64,000 bases of DNA from the human T2T-CHM13v2.0 reference genome, Homo sapiens, in assembly GCF_009914755.1 (NCBI RefSeq), contig NC_060939.1, one strand, 5' to 3'. Below the pieces are notes generated by a model that did not search any database, had not been told where the DNA came from, and saw only the letters and a program-made list of their open reading frames with translations. The position numbers were made by a program, and so were the translations under genes. The number at the start of each line of letters is the position of its first letter. Position 1 is the first letter of the stretch. Of this stretch, positions 12,952 to 36,619 are shown piece by piece.

Positions 12952-13487
12952 TGCTAAATCTATATTAAACTTTTTAACTGCAATTTGTATTACTCTAAAT
13001 ACAGTTCAAATATTATCCATAAAAATTTCACATTTGAGTTGAGACATCCTAAAATGTAAAATACACAATGGATTTCAAAGATTTCATATGAAAAAAGAAT
13101 GCAAACTATGTCTAACAATTTTTATATTGATTACATATTGACCCAATATTTTGGATATATATTGGGTTAAATAAAATATACAATTTAAAAAAATCATGCT
13201 ACATTTTTGTTAAAAAATTTAAATAAACTATATATGAAATTATTTCTTGGGATAGAAAAGGGGACATGATTAAATATGTACTTAAACTTTTTTCAAAAAC
13301 ACATCTTTAAAACACATGTTCAAACACAACAAAAGTATTTTAATTTTGAATAGGTAAAATAAACTTATTCCTGCTGAAATTCAATCATGGCATGATTTCC
13401 TTTGTATGCATTTGAGGACTCTGTTTATAACCCAGATAAAAACATAAAACTTTTGAAACTCTTCTAAGAATGTCTAACACAAATTAC

Positions 13488-14305
13488 CTGTATAGATATC
13501 ACGGCACAGACGATGCTGAGGCCGGACTGACTGAAGAACAGGCTGAAGATGCTGTACTCACACAGCAGCTGGCCCCCAGGTTACCCACCCTTCATGTACA
13601 TGGCGATGGTCACCTGGCTCACCAGCAAAGTGAACAACAGGTCGGTGGCGGCCAGCCGCATAACTGTGTAGAAGGTGGTCTCCTTCTGCTCCTTGTGCGA
13701 CTTGCACAGCACCACGATGGCCACCAGGTTGCCCACCACCCCGAAAATGGACGGTCCCAGGCTGTCCAGCAGATCGGGCTCCAGGCCAAGGACACATTGG
13801 CCTGGGAAGGGGTTAACATGACAGTGGCTGGTGGTACGCAGCCCTGGAGCGCGAAGCTGAGTCTGGAGAGGGCAGAAGAGAGACAAAGCCACCATGAGTG
13901 AAATGACCACCTGCAGGGTATTAGACCTGTGCCCAGGAAACAGGATGCTAACATGACAAGGGAGGAACTCAATCCCACTCTCTGGATTGCAACCACTTAC
14001 CAACGGCAGCCACCCAAATCTACAGGCTCCCTCTGCTCCTGCCAGCAGCACACCCTTGCTGATCTTAATATTTATAAACTGAGCCTCCCATTCTTCTTCT
14101 TCCCCCCAGCCTATCTCACTCCACTGACAAGACCCATCTCCAGGGAAAGGTAGCTCCCTAGTATTACTTGCGACAGATTCTGAGTTAATAAAATGCACAT
14201 TGAAACCCTGGAAGACAATTTGAAAAGCGCTCTCTTTCCTCCTTGGCTCCCCTGGCAGCGCCCCATCTCCGCGCCCTTTGCCCGATGGCCGACATCCCAT
14301 ATCAT
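13488..14305 (-). pseudogene. PTGER4P: PTGER4 unprocessed partial pseudogene (presumed intron 1 remnant plus 5' part of the first coding exon, 13862-~13500)
   Basis: IFGVVGNLVAIVVLCKSHKEQKETTFYT..LAATDLLFTLLVSQVTIAMYMKG and PGGQLLCEYS..LFFSQSGLSIVCA match EP4 TM1-TM3. ATG at 13819, acceptor CTCTCCAG at 13864-13863, frameshifts and a stop; homology ends at ~13500. Confidence 0.92.
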
Positions 14306-14339
14306 GTGTAGTGGCCCCAGTGGTGGGGCCTAAGACAAT

Positions 14340-18289
<3,950 letters not shown>

Positions 18290-18553
18290 CCCCTGACCCT
18301 GACCCTGACCCCTAACCACTGACCCTGACCCCTAACCCCTGACCCAAACCCTAACCACTATCCCTAAGCCTAACCCCTAACCCCAACCCTCACCCTAACC
18401 CAACCCTAACCCCTAATCCCTAACCCCTAACATCTCTTAAACCCTAACTCTAAACGTTGACTCCTAACCCCTAACTCTGACCCCAATCTCTATCTCCAAC
18501 CCCTAACCCTAAACTTAACCCCTAACCCCTAACCCTAACACCAACCTTAACCC
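18290..18553 (-). repeat. Interstitial telomeric repeat, degenerate (CCCTAA)n with CCCTGA variants
   Basis: About 260 bp of ccctaa/ccctga/cccctaa hexamers; G-rich strand is the minus strand. Confidence 0.97.
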
Positions 18554-19263
18554 TAGGTTCGTTACTAAGTTTGTATTGACTATGTCAATGTTGATTATTA
18601 TGATGGCTGTCTTTGGACTGCACGGCAGGGAGGGGATTGCGGATCTTATATTAATATTTTTGTATTGAGGCAGCGCATTAGCATTACAGGTGCTTTTTAC
18701 ATGAGCAATGGGGGTGTCATACTTTGGGTGTCATGTCTGCATTAGGAATGCCGCATTTGTCTTCCGAGGCTGCGGTGTGGATCTCGCACTGCGGCCGCCT
18801 CGCCTTGGCTGGGGAGAACCTCGGTGGGCAGGATTCAGAGGGGCTTTTGGTTTCCCGTTTTCCACACTGAACCCTTCTAACTGGTCTCTGACCCTGATTA
18901 TTCAGGGCTGCAAACAGGAAGGATTTTATTCACCGTTGATGCGGCCCCGAGTTGTCCCAAAGCGAGGCAGTGCCCCCAAGGTCTGTGCTGAGCAGAACGC
19001 AGCTCCGCCCTCGCGGTGCCCCCAGCCCGCCCGCCCGGGTCTGTGCTGAGGTGAACACTGCTCCACCTTCGCTGTATCTCCGAAGTCTGTGCAGAGGAGA
19101 ACTCAGCTCTGCCCTCGCGATGCTCTCCCGGTCTGTGCTGAGGAGAAGGCAGCTCCGCCCTAGCAAAGGCAGAGCGCCCTTCGCAAAGGCAGAGAGGCGC
19201 AGAGCGCCAGCGCAGGCGCGGAGGGGGCGCAGGGCGCCGGCGCAGGCGCGGAGAGGCGCAGAG
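18554..19263. repeat. TAR1 telomere-associated repeat (subtelomeric sequence)
   Basis: GCATTAGCATTACAGGTGC, GAGCAATGGGGGTGTCATA, GTCTGTGCTGAGGAGAA.GCAGCTCCGCCCTCGC units directly next to (CCCTAA)n. Confidence 0.92.
18980..19263 (-). promoter_or_regulatory. TERRA-promoter-type CpG-rich repeats (~3 x 61-bp and ~2.5 x 29-bp units with GCGCAGGCGC NRF1-like motifs)
   Basis: GTCTGTGCTGAG..GAA..CAGCTCCGCCCTCGC units followed by GCGCAGGCGCGGAGAGGCGC units, as in the known 61-29-37 subtelomeric promoter; 37-bp units absent. Confidence 0.75.
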
Positions 19264-19335
19264 CAGGGCAGGTGGCACCAACAGCGGGTCCCTCAGGCCT
19301 CGAGCGCATGCATTCCAGCGGCCACCCAGACCACG

Positions 19336-20400
19336 AAATGGTATTAATTCTTCTTTAAATATTAGGTTGACTCACCAGTTAATGCAGCTATTTGGTCATA
19401 AATGTTTCTTTGTTAATCACTTTCGATTACCAATTCAATATCCTAGGTTATAGTTCTATTCAGATTTTCTCTTTCTTCTTGAGCCACTTTGGTAGTTTGT
19501 GTCTTTCTAGTGATTCGTCCATTTCATCCAGGGCAGCTAATTTGTTGTTAGACAGTTGTTCACAGTATACTCCTGTAATCCTTTTGTATTTCTGTAAAGT
19601 TGGTAGTAATGGCTCTGCTTTCATTTATTATTTTAATAATTAGTCTTCCATCTTTTGCTCAGTCAATATAGTGAAAGGCTTGATCTTTCAAATAATCTGT
19701 TTATTCATTCTACTGCTCTCCAAACTTCTATTTTATTGATTTATGCTCTAATTATGCTCTCTATTATTTCTTTCATACTGCTAGCTTTGGATTTAGTCTT
19801 CTTTTGTCTTCTTCCACTGCCTTTAGGTATAGAGTGAGGATGTTGATTTGAGATTTTTCTTAAATGTAGTTGTTTATATCCATACATTTTCCTTTGAACT
19901 CTACTTTCACTGCATTCAATAAGTTTTGGTATGTTTTGTTTTTATTTTAATTTATCTCAAGATATTTTATAATTTTGCTTGTGATTTATTTTTTTCACTC
20001 ACTGGTAGTTGAAGACTGTATTGTTTAATTTCCACATTTTCGTGAATTTTCCAGTTTTCACTTATTTATCTGTTGTTTCTTCCATTGTGGTTGTAAATTA
20101 TATTTTGTATGATTTCAAACTTTTAAAAATGATTAGGACATATTTTGTGGACGAAGATATGGCCCATCCTAGAGAACTTCCATATACACTTGAAAGGAAT
20201 GTATATTCTGCTGTTGTTGGATGGACTGTCCTGTATATGCGTATTAGCTCTCAGTGGCTTATACCGTTGTTTAACTCTTGTATTTCTCATGAAGCTTCTG
20301 TCTGGTTTTTCTATCCATTAATTAAAATGAGGTATTGAAGTGTCCAACTGTGACTATAGAACTGTGGGTTTATCCTTTCAATCCTGTTAATTATTTCAGC
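19336..20400 (-). mobile_element. Old L1M ORF2 fragment
   Basis: Antisense L1 motifs such as TTGTTTAATTTCCACAT and GAATGTATATTCTGCTGTTGTTGGATGG. Confidence 0.8.
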
Positions 20401-20561
20401 TTTACTGAGGTGTAATAGAGAAATAAAAATTGTACATGTGATGCGTTTATATGCACATTCTGAAATGATTACCAAAACGAAGTCAATGAACATGTTAATT
20501 ACCTCACAGAATAGTTACCTTTTTGTGTGCATGTGTGGGATAAGAAAACTTAACTCTATCC

Positions 20562-21285
20562 CCTGTGACTGCAGAGTGGCCATTCCAGCTGCTCCAGGCT
20601 CCAGCAGAGGAAGACTTGGGCAGGTGGCACCACCAGGGAGGCCCTCAGGCCTGGTGCACACGCATTCCAGAGGCCACCCAGACCATGCTCCGCAGCCTGG
20701 ATGCACAAGCTGCAGTCGCCCTCTGTGTGCAGGCAGCAGCTGCCTGGCAACCCCTGAGCCCGCTTGCACTCCCAGTCTCGCAGAACCAGGGCCAGGTGTC
20801 CCTGTGGCTGTGGCCAAGCCAGGCATTCTGCCCGGCGGTGGCGGCTGCACAGGGGTGAGAACTGAAAACCCGCCGCTCAACCCCACACGGGGTGACTGCC
20901 GAGTGCCCATGACAGCGGCCCCGATCTCTCTCAGGTGGAGGAGTGGGTGGGAGGCACGGCCTGGGGGCCCTCAGGCTGGGCGCGCTGGCGATCCCGAGGC
21001 CGACCAGGCCATGCACCTCCAGCCCGCCTGGGCTCCCAAGCTGCAGCCGCCTTCTGTGTGCAGGCAGCAGCCTCCAGGCAACTCCTGAGCCTGCCCACAC
21101 TCCCCACATCTCGGAAGCAGGGCCAGATGTCCCTGTGGCTACGGCCAAGCCAGGCAGTCTGCCCTGCAGCAGCTGCACGGGGGCAGGAAGCGGCCCTCAG
21201 CCCCATCCCCAGTGGCTCTAGAGGCCCCCTGGCTAGAGGTCTGGAGCTCTGGCAGAGGAGGAGCCGGGCGGGGGCAGGGTCTGGC
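20562..21285. repeat. GC-rich degenerate tandem, ~330-bp unit x ~2.2 (possibly gamma-satellite-like)
   Basis: GTGACTGC at 20565 and 20892; CTGTGTGCAGGCAGCAGC at ~20723 and ~21054; TGTCCCTGTGGCT..GGCCAAGCCAGGCA repeated. Confidence 0.75.
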
Positions 21286-21369
21286 TTGACCATTTGGAAT
21301 TACAATACACTTCACTCATCAACCACAGAACATACACTGGAGTATCATCTGCGTGCAGATGAGTATACT

Positions 21370-23175
<1,806 letters not shown>

Positions 23176-24684
23176 TGAATTCATTCATTTAATTCATAAT
23201 TCATTCATTCAATTCATAATTCAGTTCCCCCTGAGAAAAAAATATTCACTTGTCATTAAAATCTCTCTGTATCTTACTGATTTCAGATAGAAGTTAAATT
23301 TCACCTTAATAATAGACACAAAAGAACTAGTTAAACTGACAAAAACTAATAAACGTTTGCTCAAATTTACTGAGAGAGTCATGGGTACTTCATATAATAG
23401 TGACATTCTACCAGTTTTAAGCAAAATAAATAAGGAAACAATCTTAACTCCATCGCCTACGGGAAGGGACGTGCCCCCACTCCCAGGTGAGTGGGACCCT
23501 GCTCTCCGGGCGGGTTGCGCAGCGGTCTCTGGTCTCTGGCACCTCTTGTTGGCAGCGTCGCCGTTGCAGGCACAGGCAGGCATTGGGGGGCGGGCAGCGG
23601 GCCAGGCCCAGGTGACTCTTTTGCCAGGGTCTGGGCAGGTGTGGAGAGGGGTGGAGCGGTGCTGCCCTGGGCGATGGAGCCTCCCGCTCTGGAGGGTTCG
23701 CCGCCCCTGCCCCAGGAAGGCGCTGCAGGATCTGGGTGGGGAAGGGGAGGGACAAGGGAACACAGGCCAGGCCAGGTGGCCCCTTAGACCTGGGTGATGC
23801 AGGAGGGGCTGTGGGAGACCAGAGAGGACCCGAAGCAGAAACCGGGAACTGATACCTCTGGCTGAATATTTGTCCTCTTGCTGAAGTTTGAAAGTCAGTT
23901 ATTTCATTAAAGTTTAATTTTATTATAAAAATAACAACTATTAAAAATTCCCTGTAGTCACTGGAATGATAAATTTTGGTGCGGTTTCAGCATAACACTC
24001 TAATTATTCAAATTGCGGCCATGTTTCAAAATATATGCCATATATTTTTATGGCATCCACCCCTGTGTCCCTGTGTCCCGCATCCGCCTCTGTGTCCCTG
24101 CTGGCTCAGGAAACGAGCTTCTTCCTCCTTCCGCAGACTCGAATCAGGCCATCTTCCCTCCTGTGCCTGAGGCTGTCATGGGGACAGCCTGCCCTCGAAT
24201 AGCTGGAGAACGCCCGGCCTGTGCCCTGTGCTCGGCCTGGTGTCCTGGCTCGTGCCCCTGAGATCCCCGCACAAAGCAGTGTGACAGGTGTGGAAGGACC
24301 TAGCACCAGGCAGCGGTGAGCGGATGGATGATCCAGGGATGTGGGGCTGCTGGCAGTCAAGAACCCATTGCCAAATTCCATGGCATAATTTTGGATATTT
24401 TTCCCTTATATTTTTGTGTAAGACTTTCAGACTTACACATTTTGAGTTTTTAAAAAAATATAGTATAAACTACAATTCTGACTTCTATATTTTACATGTT
24501 GATAGCAAATCTTCATACCGTTTTTGTGTTAAAGGGGGCTATTATTCCCTCTCCATAGTTTGGCCTTTGCACCCTTGTTGAAGATCATTTTGACCATATA
24601 TACAAGGTTTTGTGGAGAGAGGGGTCTCTATTATTTTCTATGTCTACACGTCTTGATTTAATACATTTCTTTTCAGATTTTCTC

Positions 24685-24981
24685 CTTTTTACTTTTTGAG
24701 ACAGGTTCTCTGTCATCCAGGCGGGGGTGCACTGGTGCGACCATGGCTCACTGCATCCTTGCTCTCCCAGGCTTAAAAAATCCTCTCACTTCAGCCTCTG
24801 GAATAGCTGAGACTACAGGTTCATGTCACATTGCCAGGTTAATTTTAATTTTAATTTTTTTTTAGCGATGGGTGTTCTCACTAGGATATCCAGTGTGGTT
24901 TGAACTCCTGGGTTCAAGCAATCCTCCTACCTCAGCCTCACAAAGTGCTGAGGTTACACGTGTAAGCCATAGAACCTGGCC
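24685..24981 (-). mobile_element. AluJ
   Basis: TGAGACAGG...CATGGCTCACTGCA...GAACTCCTGGGTTCAAGCAATCCTCC. Confidence 0.88.
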
Positions 24982-25718
24982 TCAAAATACCACATTTGAA
25001 AAGAGTTCAACAGCACTGCAATTAGTTTTTGATTTAAAAATTGTGAGGGCTCCACAATTGACATTATTTTACAAGTTTAATTGGCTATTTTCAATCTTGA
25101 GATTTCATGTTTTAGAATTTTGTATTTCTGCAAGTAAATATTGTTATGATTTATATAGCTATTGCATTTAATCTGTTGTTGATTTCATTAGTATAGACTT
25201 AAGAATATTGTTTTCTAATTTATGAATATGGGATATCTTTTCAATTATCTAATCTACAAATATAGAATATCTTCCCCATTGTTTGTGATTTTTCTTCAGC
25301 AACATCTTGTAACTTCTAGTATACTAGTCTTACATCTCTTTGCTTGTTTATTCCAAAGTATATTCTTCTTAATGCTATTTTCAATGGAATTTTAAAAACT
25401 TGGATTGTACCGTGTAATGAAGAGAAATACACTTAATTTTGTATTCTGCAATTTTGCTAAATGCAACTATTAGTTCTAACAGGTATTGTTTTCAGCATAT
25501 AGGATTTTTTTGTATATAACATCATATCATAAGTAACAGGTAATTTTACTTCTTCCTTTAGAATGTGGATCTTTTCTTTTTTTCATTGCCTAGTTGTTTT
25601 GCCAGGACTTTCACTGCTATTTTTGAATAGATGTGGCAACAGTGAATATCTTGCCTTATTATTAATCTTAGAGGATAAACTTTCCACACTTCAGAATTCA
25701 GTATAATATTAGTGATGA

Positions 25719-26075
<357 letters not shown>

Positions 26076-26226
26076 TAGTTTCCTTTTATTTCTAGTTTAT
26101 TGAGTTTTTTTATCTTGAAAAGATGATTAATACTGTCAGTTGGCTTTTCTGCATTATTTGAGATGATTGTGTGGTTTACATCTTTTACTCTGTTAATGTG
26201 ATATATTAAACTGATTGATTTAAACT

Positions 26227-32270
<6,044 letters not shown>

Positions 32271-32286
32271 ATAGATTGATTTACAC

Positions 32287-34610
32287 GTGTTGAACAATAC
32301 TTTCATTGGAGAGATAACTCCTTCTTCGTCATGGTGTATAATCCTTGCAATATGTTATTGAATTTGGTGTTCTAATGTTCCGAGGAGAATTTTTACATCA
32401 ATAGTCAACAGGAAAATTGATTTGTAGTTGTATTTTTTTTTCTCCTTAGTGTCTTTGTGGGGTTTGGTGTTGTGTTAATGCTGGGCTCATAAAATAAGTT
32501 GGAAATTGTTTTATCTTTTTCATTTTTCTGAAGTAGTTTAAGAAGGGTTGGTGTTAACCCTGCTTTAACATTTTGAAAAAAATATGTATTTAATGAAGTG
32601 ATCCGGGCCTGGGCTTTTTGAGGGGAGGTTGTTGTTACTACTTATATGCCTATTCAGATTTTTTTATGGTTTATTTTTAGTATAATCTGTATTTCTAGAC
32701 ATTTGTCTATTTCTCTTAGCTTATCATATTTTTTGGCATATACTTGGAATTAAACTTTTATAATCTCTTCTTTTCCTACTTTTGTGGCATCAGTAGTAAT
32801 AGCTCCTCTTTTATTTATGAATTTAATTATTTGAGGTATCTTCTTTTTTCTTTTAATCTGTTTGCTGGTTTTCTTAATCTTTTCAATAAAACCAAACTTT
32901 AATTGATTTTTCTATGGCTTTTAATTGTTATTTATTCATAACTGCTGAAATTCTTATTCTTTGCTGATGTTTGATTACATTTACTAGTTGATTTAGATAG
33001 ATTTTTTTAAATGCAAACATTTACTACTACAATTGAATACAAGCTTTAGATGCATTCAATAATTTTGTTATGCTTTGTCTCCAGTTATGTTGAAATTTTC
33101 ACTGTGATTTCTTCTTTAACCCATAATGTTGTTTAGGAGCATGTTACTTGATTTTTATGTATTTGCAAATTTTTAAATTTTTCTTATGGTATTCACTTCT
33201 AGTTCCATTCCATTTTAGTTGTAAATGATACTTCGTATGATTTTAATTTTCTTGAATTGATTTCTTTGTGGTCCGATTTGTGATATAGTCTCAAGAATGT
33301 TCCATGTGCACGCCAGAATCATGCGCATTCTGTTGTTGAGAAGACCATTTCTAAAAGTCTGTTGGATTTGGTTGAATCACTCCTTGCTCAATCCTCTGTC
33401 TTCATTTGGTCTCCCAGGTTGTCCTCTCCATTATTAAAGTCTCCTATCATTTTGGTGGTGGCCTCTATTCCTCCCTTTATTTTTATTTATAATTTTGTTT
33501 CTTACACAGACGAAGTGTTGCTATCTTGCCCAGGTTAGTCTCAACTCCTGGGCTCAAGCCATCCTCCTGCCTCTGCCCCCGCCAAGATGCAGGGATTACA
33601 AGCAGGCGTGAGCCACTGTACTCAGCCTATTTCTCCTTTTAATTCTGTCATTATTTGTGTTATGTGTTTGGAATAGTTGCTGATTCGTGTGCATATTTTA
33701 ATTATGATATCTTCTTGGAGATTTATTTTTATTATATAATGTCCTTGTTTGTCTTTATGACAGTTTTTTTGCTTAAAGTCTAATCATCTAATGTAAATGT
33801 GACCCACTTTGTTCTATTTTGGTTGCTATTTAGGATGATTTGGTTACCATATAGAATATAATTTTCCATCTCTGCACTTTCAGTCCATGTTTATCCTTAA
33901 ATAAACATAATTTATTTGAGTTTATATTTTTATTTTTATAAACAATTTATAAACAGAATTCATTTGATTTTATATTTTTATTTTTTCAGTGACCTTGTGT
34001 CTGTTATTGGAGAATTTAACATTGTTACATATAAGGTTATTATTTGCAGTTAAGGAGTTACTACTGCCATTTTGTTAATTGTATTGTGTTTCTTTTGTAG
34101 TTCTTTTGTTTATTTATTTTATTTCTTGCTGTCTTCCTTTTTGTCTAATTAATTTTTGTACTAATATGTTTTTATTTCTTTTTCTTTTGTATACATTCTA
34201 CATGTATTATCTTTGTGATTACTATACAGGTGACATGAAACGTCTCAAAGGTATAACAATCTAGTTTAATCTGATGTTATCTCAGTAGCATATAAAAACT
34301 CCAGTCTTTTACATGACTGTCTTTCCCAACACACATGTTGTTCTTGATGTCACAAATTAGGCCTTTTTACATGATGTATTCTTTAACATACATATAAAAT
34401 ATTTTTGTATATTGGTGTCAAATTCTATAAGGGGATTGAAATTACTTACCAACATCACAATAATACAGGATGCTATATTTCTCTATATATTTGCTTTACA
34501 ACAGAGCTTTATAGTATTCTATGGCTTTTTTGGTACTCTCATTTTTTAATCTCAAAGGACTTTCTAGCATTTCTTGAAGAACAAACCTAGCGGTCATAAA
34601 CTCCTTCATA
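32287..34610 (-). mobile_element. Continuation of the old antisense L1M, with an Alu monomer at ~33480-33627
   Basis: GTCATGGTGTATAATCCTT, GAATGTTCCATGTGCAC, CTTTCTAGCATTTCTTG; Alu fragment AACTCCTGGGCTCAAGCCATCCTCC. Confidence 0.75.
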
Positions 34611-34618
34611 GTGGTCAT

Positions 34619-36618
34619 AATAAAGGGTATTCAATTAGGGAAAGAGGAAGTCAAATTGTCCCTTTTTGCAGATGACATGATTGTATATCTAGAAAACCCC
34701 ATCATCTCAGCCCAAAATCTCCTTAAGCTGATAAGCAACTTCAGCAATATCTCAGGATACAAAATCAATGTACAAAAATCACAAGCATTCTTGTACACCA
34801 ACAACAGGCAAACAGAGAGCGAAATCATGAGTGAATTCCCATTCACAATTGCTTCAGAGAGAATAAAATACCTAGGAATCCAACTTACAAGGGATGTGAA
34901 GGAGCTCTTCAAGGAGAACTACAAATCACTGCTCAATGAAATAAAAGAGGATACAAACAAATGGAAGAACATTCCATGCTCATGGGTAGGAAGAATCAAT
35001 ATCATGAAAATGGCCATACTGCCCAAGGTAATTGATAGATTCAATGTCATCCCCATCAAGCTACCAATGACTTTCTTCACAGAATTGGAAAAAAACTACT
35101 TTAAAGTTCATATGGAACAAAAAAGGGCCCACATCGCCAAGTCAATCCTAAGCCAAAAGAACAAAGCTGGAGGCATCACGCTACCAGACTTCAAACTATA
35201 CTACAAGGCTACAGTAACCAAAACATCATGTTACTTGTACCAAAACAGAGATATAGACCAATGGAACAGAACAGAGCCCTCAGAAATAATGCTGCATATC
35301 TACAACTATCTGATCTTTGACAAACCTGAGAAAAACAAGCAATGGGGAAAAGATTCCCTACATAATAAATGATGCTGGGAAAACTGGCTAGCCATATGTA
35401 GAAAGCTGAAACTGGATCACTTCCTTACACCTTATACACAAATTAATTCAAGATGGATTAAAGACTTAAACGTTAGATCTAAAACCATAAAAACCCTAGA
35501 AGAAAACCTAGGCAATACCATTCAGGACATAGGCATCAGCAAGGACTTCGTGTCTAAAACACCAAAAGCAATGGCAACAAAAGCCAAAATTGACAAATGG
35601 AATCTAATTAAACTAAAGAGCTTCTGCACAGCAAAAGAAACTACCATCAGAGTGAATAGGCAACCTACAGAATGGGGGAAAAATTTTCCAATCTACTCAT
35701 CTGACAAAGGGCTAATATCCAGAATCTACAATGAACCCAAACAAATTTGCAAGAAAAACCCAAACAACCCCATCAAAAAGTGGGTGAAGGATATGAACAG
35801 ACACTTCTCAAAAGAAGACATTTATGCAGCCAAGACACATGAAAAAATGTTCATCATCACTGGCCATCAGAGAAATGCAAATCAAAGCCACAATGAGATA
35901 CCATCTCATACCAGTTAGAATGACGATCACTAAAAAGTCAGGAAACAACAGGTGCTGGAGAGGATGTGGAGAAATAGGAACACTTTTACACTGTTGGTAG
36001 GACTGTAAACTAGTTCAACCATTGTGGAAGTCAGTGTGGCGATTCCTCAGGGATCTAGAACTAGAAATACCGTTTGATCCAGCCATCCCATTACTGGGTA
36101 TATACCCAAAGGACTATAAATCATGCTGCTATAAAGACACATGCACACGTATGTTTCGTATGTTTATTGCAGCACTATTCACAATAGCAAAGACTGGGAA
36201 CCAACACAAATGTCCGACAATGATAGACTGGATTAAGAAAATGTGGCACATATACACCATGGAATACTATGCTGCCATAAAAAATGATGAGTTCATGTCC
36301 TTTGCAGGGACATGGAGGAAGCTGGAAACCATCATTCTCAGCAAACTATCACAAAGATAAAAAACCAAACACCCGCATGTTCTCACTTATAGGTGGGAAT
36401 TGAACAATGAGAACACGTGGACACAGGAAGGGGAACATCACACACCAGGGACGGTTGAGGGGTAGGGGGATGGGGGAGGGATAGCATTAGGAGATATACC
36501 TGATGCTAAATGACGAGTTAATGGGTGCAGCACACCAACATGTCACGTGTATACATATGTAACAAACCTGCACGTTGTGCACATGTACTCTATAACTTAA
36601 AGTATAATTAAAAAAAGA
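34619..36618 (+). mobile_element. 5'-truncated young L1PA (PA3/PA4-like), ORF2 3' half and 3' UTR
   Basis: [26 protein letters not shown]..., 3' UTR GGAGATATACCT.ATGCTAAATGACGAGTTAATGGG, poly-A. Confidence 0.93.
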
Positions 36619-36619
36619 A

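Noticed and set aside
13581-14300. 239-aa ORF with a GPCR-like end
   Set aside because: Only the last ~60 aa are PTGER4-like; the rest reads through intron or out-of-frame sequence.
18850-18870. TTTCCCGTTTTCCAC resembling a CENP-B box
   Set aside because: Lacks the second essential CG motif and is ordinary TAR1 sequence.
34611-35372. 253-aa RT-containing ORF
   Set aside because: Fragment of a 5'-truncated L1 ORF2 with no ATG start, a frameshift and a premature stop.
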